Position numbers and translations under genes: made by a program. Positions 28,056 to 32,242 of a DNA stretch of 32,242 bases are shown one piece after another; the stretch's first letter is position 1, and the number at the start of each line of letters is the position of its first letter. Source of the DNA: Acaryochloridaceae cyanobacterium VAR_48_metabat_390 (lineage in GTDB: Bacteria > Cyanobacteriota > Cyanobacteriia > Thermosynechococcales > Thermosynechococcaceae); NCBI GenBank assembly GCA_031422435.1, contig JANPLU010000116.1, positions 1-32,242 of the forward strand, given 5' to 3'. The notes beneath the pieces were generated by a model. The model saw nothing but the letters and a program-made list of their open reading frames with translations. It was not told the DNA's origin and did no database searches.

Positions 28056-28862
28056 CTAGGGGGATGCTATCCCAAAGCCTGCATCTACAAAGATAGCCTT
28101 CGCCTGAGCGCCTGCCAAAAACTGAGCATAGGCTTGAGCCACCTGAGAATTTTGACTAGCCTTCAGTACTACTAGCGGATAAACAATGGGCGAATGCAGC
28201 CGACTAGGTGCCGTTGCAACCTGTCTGACCCCATTAGAAACTTTGGCATCCGTGGCGTAAACAACCCCTGCATCCACATTGCCACTTTCGACAGCCGCCA
28301 AGACGTTGCGAACGTTATTGCCTAAGACAAACTTAGGCTTGAGGGAATTCAAAATTCCTAGATTCTTAAAAAGTTCTTCTGTATATTGACCCACAGGGAC
28401 ACTCCGAGGCTCACCCACCACAATTTTGTTAACGTTAGGCTGCGAAAGCTGACGAAACGTTGTGATGCCCAAGGTTGAATTCTTAGGCACAATCAGCACC
28501 AGACGATTGGTAAGCAGATTGCGTCGAGTGCCGTTCAAAATCAGCCCTTTTTTCTGGAGCGCATCGACCTGCTTGTTCCCCGCAGAAATAAAGATATCTA
28601 CTGGTGCGCCCTGTTCAATCTGCCGTTGCAAAGCACCCGAAGCACCAAAGTTATACTTCAGCCTCACGTTGGGATAACGCTGCACAAAAAGCGGATCGAC
28701 CTGAGCCAGCACATTTTGCAAACTCGCAGCAGCAGAAATCAAAAGCGTTTGATTGGGTTGTGCCTGTAAAGGGAAGCCTAAAAATCTTGAAAGCCCAACT
28801 GCTCCAAGCGCTAATCCAATGCCAAGGGTGCATAATGCCTCTAAAACAACCCTTCTTTGCAT
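28056..28862 (-). CDS. modA: Molybdate-binding periplasmic protein ModA
   Basis: SAAASL, NFGASGALQRQIEQGAPVDIFISA, SVPVGQY, NVRNVL, GVVYATDA. Confidence 0.95.
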   Translation of the reverse strand: MQRRVVLEALCTLGIGLALGAVGLSRFLGFPLQAQPNQTLLISAAASLQNVLAQVDPLFVQRYPNVRLKYNFGASGALQRQIEQGAPVDIFISAGNKQVDALQKKGLILNGTRRNLLTNRLVLIVPKNSTLGITTFRQLSQPNVNKIVVGEPRSVPVGQYTEELFKNLGILNSLKPKFVLGNNVRNVLAAVESGNVDAGVVYATDAKVSNGVRQVATAPSRLHSPIVYPLVVLKASQNSQVAQAYAQFLAGAQAKAIFVDAGFGIASP

Positions 28863-29233
28863 TACCGCTCTGCAACTTCGACATAAACCGTGACAGCGGC
28901 GATCGCCACGTACATGTCGTCATTTTTATCATTAAACTCAGCAATGGCCTTGCCTTCTACAATCATGCCGCCCTGTTCCACCGTTAAGGTTTTCTCTCCA
29001 AAGGGCAGCACTGCCAACACCTCCGCCTCGCGCACGGTTTCAGGAAACGGTACCGCCACCTTTACCTCAATGCTCATCTCATTGGGATGCTCTAGCCCCG
29101 CCACTTCCCAGATGCCAGGGAGGGCGTTGTTGGAGATCGCATTTCGTACTGCCCGTGCTGCCGCCACGGTAGAGTCTTGACCATGCTGATCAACCCCCAT
29201 CCCCATCTCAATCACAAATCGTTTGCGCGCCAT
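28862..29233 (-). CDS. Lin0512-family protein
   Basis: Start MARKRFVIEMGMGVDQHGQDSTVAAARAVRNAI; stop overlaps the modA start (TAATG). Confidence 0.85.
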   Translation of the reverse strand: MARKRFVIEMGMGVDQHGQDSTVAAARAVRNAISNNALPGIWEVAGLEHPNEMSIEVKVAVPFPETVREAEVLAVLPFGEKTLTVEQGGMIVEGKAIAEFNDKNDDMYVAIAAVTVYVEVAER

Positions 29234-29278
29234 TTTGTAATGCTTCACACTGTAAGGTACGACTCGACGAGGTAATTC

Positions 29279-30025
29279 ATGCAGCTCCACCTCTCCACTT
29301 GGCCTGAAGTTGAAGCCTATCTGCAAACCTCTCAAGGCATTATTCTACCGATTGGCTCTACAGAGCAACATGGCCCTACGGGTTTAATTGGCACAGACGC
29401 GATTTGTGCTGAAGTGATTGCCAAGGGCGTGGGCGAAGCCACTCAGTCACTGGTCGGCCCTACCATTAACGTGGGCATGGCGCTCCATCACGCGGCCTTC
29501 CCTGGCAGCATGAGCCTTCGCCCCAGCACGCTTATTTTGGTGATTCGAGATTACTTGGTTAGCCTCACCCGCTCTGGCTTCCGCAAGTTCTTTTTTATCA
29601 ACGGTCACGGCGGCAATGTTGCGACTCTCAAAGCTGCATTTTCAGAGGTTTACGCCACCCTTGCAGATTTGCAGGTGCCGGAGGGCGATCGCGTGCAGTG
29701 TGTGGTGGCTAACTGGTACATGTGTTCTGAGGTGTACCGTAAAGCCAAGGAGCTGTATGGCGATAAGGAAGGCTCTCATGCTACCCCTAGCGAGGTTGCC
29801 GTGACACAGTTTGTGTACCCTGAAGCCATTAAAATCGCGGAACTCAATCCAGAGGTTGCCAAAGGCCACCCCATCTATGGCGCAGCCGATTTCCGTCGCC
29901 ACTACCCTGACGGACGCATGGGTTCTGACCCTTCGCTTGCTACACCAGAACATGGCAAAGTGCTGTATGACCTAGCTGTTAGCAGCCTGACGCAAGATTA
30001 TCTTCAGTTCTTGCAGAAGCCATAG
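29279..30025 (+). CDS. Creatininase-family amidohydrolase
   Basis: PIGSTEQHGP, GTDA, NGHGGN, HATPSE metal-binding motifs. Confidence 0.92.
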   Translation: MQLHLSTWPEVEAYLQTSQGIILPIGSTEQHGPTGLIGTDAICAEVIAKGVGEATQSLVGPTINVGMALHHAAFPGSMSLRPSTLILVIRDYLVSLTRSGFRKFFFINGHGGNVATLKAAFSEVYATLADLQVPEGDRVQCVVANWYMCSEVYRKAKELYGDKEGSHATPSEVAVTQFVYPEAIKIAELNPEVAKGHPIYGAADFRRHYPDGRMGSDPSLATPEHGKVLYDLAVSSLTQDYLQFLQKP

Positions 30026-30092
30026 CGATCACCCACTAAAAATGGTCTAAGATTTTGCCAAGGTCGAGATCGTAATGGCGATAATTTCAGCG

Positions 30093-30323
30093 ATGAACTA
30101 CCGAAACCACATCACGATTGAACCCAACAAACGTGAGGGTAAGCCTTGTGTGCAGGGTTTGCGAATTACGGTTTATGAAGTGCTTGAGTATCTAGCGTCC
30201 GAGATGACGGAAGCGGAAATTCTTGACGATTTCCCCGATCTGACGCGAGAAGATTTGAAAGCCTGCATTGCCTATGCTGCTGACCGTGAGCGTCGGTTTA
30301 TGACTGCTCCATTATCTACATGA
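30093..30323 (+). CDS. DUF433 antitoxin-like protein
   Basis: ITIEPNKREGKPCVQGLRITVYEVLEYLASEMTEAEILDDFPDLTREDLKACIAYAA. Confidence 0.9.
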   Translation: MNYRNHITIEPNKREGKPCVQGLRITVYEVLEYLASEMTEAEILDDFPDLTREDLKACIAYAADRERRFMTAPLST

Positions 30324-30340
30324 AATTACTTTTTGATGAG
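30320..30340 (+). pseudogene. 7-codon remnant of a DUF5615 PIN-like toxin (MKLLFDE)
   Basis: ATGA overlap with the DUF433 stop; MKLLFDE is the typical DUF5615 N-terminus; the sequence then runs directly into the purQ stop. Confidence 0.7.
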
Positions 30341-30345
30341 CAACG

Positions 30346-31032
30346 CTACACACATGCCAGTAGTCCCTTAAAGAGCAGCAGCCCATCTATGCCGCCTAAC
30401 GCCGGATCTGATGCCCGTTCGGGATGGGGCATCATGCCCACTACGTTGCCCTGACGGTTGCAAATGCCTGCAATATTATTGAGCGAGCCATTGGGATTCG
30501 CCGCCTCTGTCGGATTGCCTGTGGCATCGCAATAGCGCAACACAACCTGATGATTGGCTTCAAGTTCAGCGATGGTTTCAGCATCCGCGTAGTAGCAGCC
30601 TTCGCCATGGGCGATCGGCAGCGTGATGACCTGCTGAGGTTGATAGGCAGAAGTCCAAGATAAACCGGTACGCTCAACCTTGAGGGTGACGCGATCGCAG
30701 ATAAAGTGCAGATCCCGATTCCGTACCAAAGCACCTGGCAATAGCCCCGCCTCCGTTAACACCTGAAACCCATTACAAATGCCCAACACCCATTTGCCAG
30801 CAGCAGCATGGGCTTTAGTGGCTTGAATGACAGGGGAAAACTGGGCGATCGCCCCACAGCGCAGATAATCGCCGTAGCTAAACCCACCTGGAATCACAAT
30901 CACGTCTAGGTCGCTAATATCGGTTTCTTCATGCCAGACCATACGGGTTGGCTGACCCAAGAGATCGCGAGACACCATCGCCATATCGCGATCGCAGTTA
31001 GAACCAGGAAAAACCACCACGCCAAAATTCAT
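30346..31032 (-). CDS. purQ: Phosphoribosylformylglycinamidine synthase subunit PurQ
   Basis: [40 protein letters not shown]. Confidence 0.97.
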   Translation of the reverse strand: MNFGVVVFPGSNCDRDMAMVSRDLLGQPTRMVWHEETDISDLDVIVIPGGFSYGDYLRCGAIAQFSPVIQATKAHAAAGKWVLGICNGFQVLTEAGLLPGALVRNRDLHFICDRVTLKVERTGLSWTSAYQPQQVITLPIAHGEGCYYADAETIAELEANHQVVLRYCDATGNPTEAANPNGSLNNIAGICNRQGNVVGMMPHPERASDPALGGIDGLLLFKGLLACV

Positions 31033-31035
31033 GAG

Positions 31036-31335
31036 TTAAGCTCCTGCTGCGGCTGTGGCGGACTCTGGGTGGGTAGCGATCTCCGTCAGCTCAAAGCGAT
31101 AGTTTTCGACCACTGTATTTGCCAAAAGCTGATCGCACATGCGATCTAATTGCGCTTCGGCTAGCGGCTGAGTTTCGGCTGTAATACTTAGCTCGATATA
31201 TTTGCCAATGCGAATTTGCTCCACATTATCGTAGCCTAAGTGCCCTAAACCAGACTGTACCGCAGTCCCCGCTGGGTCTAAGACCGAAGGCCGCAAAGTT
31301 ACGTAAATTTTGGCGTGATAATTTTGCTGCGTCAC
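31036..31335 (-). CDS. purS: Phosphoribosylformylglycinamidine synthase subunit PurS
   Basis: VTLRPSVLDPAG, RIGKYIEL, CDQLLANTVVENY; 3 nt upstream of purQ; GTG start. Confidence 0.95.
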   Translation of the reverse strand: MTQQNYHAKIYVTLRPSVLDPAGTAVQSGLGHLGYDNVEQIRIGKYIELSITAETQPLAEAQLDRMCDQLLANTVVENYRFELTEIATHPESATAAAGA

Positions 31336-31711
31336 TGTAATTATCTTCTAAAGACGGCTGTAGTTTGACTGTATCCGATCTTGTTACCTCACGCTACGCT
31401 TAGTTAATGATATCGGTAGGCGGGGAAAAAGGCAGAATTAGTTAATTCATCAGGGTTGACATTCATCAGTTTTGCTCTAGCTTGAATGAGAGCGTAATAG
31501 CACTTAGAATCTGTGATCAGACGTAAGGTACAAAAATGATGACGCTGTTTTGAAAAAGCCATTCTAGGCTATCAATAAATTTTGAATTGATTCACATACA
31601 TGGCTATGGTTTAATCAGTATTTTATTGATCCATAACGTTGGAGTAAAAATACCCAAAAAAGCGAATCATGATGAGACTTAGTAAAGTAAATTTCCTAAA
31701 GTTTTATATTT

Positions 31712-32242
31712 ATGATGGTATTTATAATACCTATTAAAACTAAATTGATATCTAAATCTTGCTCATTGCTCTCAATATTATTTGAGCGATATGTTCGATC
31801 TATTTGCAATCAAGTAGACAATAATTTTAGAGTTTTCGTAAGTTTGTCATGAAAAACCAGATATAGACTTTTTATGCCCTAAGCTCCACTATGTTGAAAT
31901 TTATTTTTCCCCCTGTATCTGATGAAAGTCAAAAAGCCATCGGAAGGTTATGCCTACGGCTTAATTCAAGATATTGCCAATAAAAATGCTGACAAAGCCC
32001 GCAAAATCTTAAGGGGTATTGAGTATGCCCAGCAGTTTAATCCACAGCGCCTTATGGTGGTTCATGCTGATGATTGCGTGAGTCGTCACCTTGCTAAGTT
32101 TGTGAATCAACATTCTAGCTATCATGGGTGGGTCATGAGAAAAGGCTATATCTATTATGAAGGCAGTCGTTGGCTGCTAAAAACAATACTAATTTCAACC
32201 AAGTGTCGGGCACCGCTGTGATTATTAAACATAGTCTTTATT
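31712..32242 (+). pseudogene. Multiply frameshifted GT-A/GT2-like glycosyltransferase, running off the window end
   Basis: Fragments in successive frames: MMVFIIPIK...LFERYVRSICNQVDNNFRVFV (from 31712); VCHEKPDIDF...HYVEI (from 31842); NADKARKILRG...MVVHADDCVS...GWVMRKGYIY (in the 31922 ORF); NFNQVSGTAVIIKHSLY (end). AT-rich. Confidence 0.75.

Larger units (their letters stand above)
1..32242. repeat. HIP1 octamer (GCGATCGC) dispersed throughout the window
   Basis: More than 30 copies seen by eye (e.g. near 513, 4549, 8319, 13621, 27138, 30988), far above chance; a cyanobacterial hallmark. None seen in the AT-rich end after about 31.4 kb. Confidence 0.95.

Noticed and set aside
29234..29335. 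N-terminal extension of the Lin0512 ORF
   Set aside because: It overlaps the divergent creatininase gene; family similarity starts at MARKRF (29233).

Overview
This is a cyanobacterial chromosomal window: the HIP1 octamer GCGATCGC occurs more than 30 times by eye, and ftrV, ndhD2, pmgA and cmp genes are present. The main locus (2.7-14.4 kb) is a low-CO2-type bicarbonate ABC transporter operon, cmpABCD. It is preceded by an AT-rich LysR-type operator region and an unannotated 33-aa single-TM ORF with a strong RBS. It continues co-directionally into a poorly characterised module: acidic mini-lipoprotein, cytochrome b561, a 958-aa membrane Fe-S protein with a degenerate cNMP-binding domain, an NhaS3-like Na+/H+ antiporter (ATGA-coupled) and a PsiE-like protein. 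This extended carbon-uptake/redox/ion module is the best candidate for an undescribed system. The rest is mostly housekeeping: MFS, ftrV, mutS2, ndhD2, alpha/beta hydrolase, mlaD, pmgA, BON and stress proteins, nitroreductase, Lin0512-modA-modBC, creatininase family, purS-purQ. There are several signs of decay: a DUF218 gene with an in-frame stop, two toxin-antitoxin modules with destroyed toxins, and a multiply frameshifted glycosyltransferase. A MITE-like element with a 10-bp target duplication is nested in a REP-like hairpin between cmpB and cmpC. All product calls come from motif recognition and recalled family consensus; no database searches were run.
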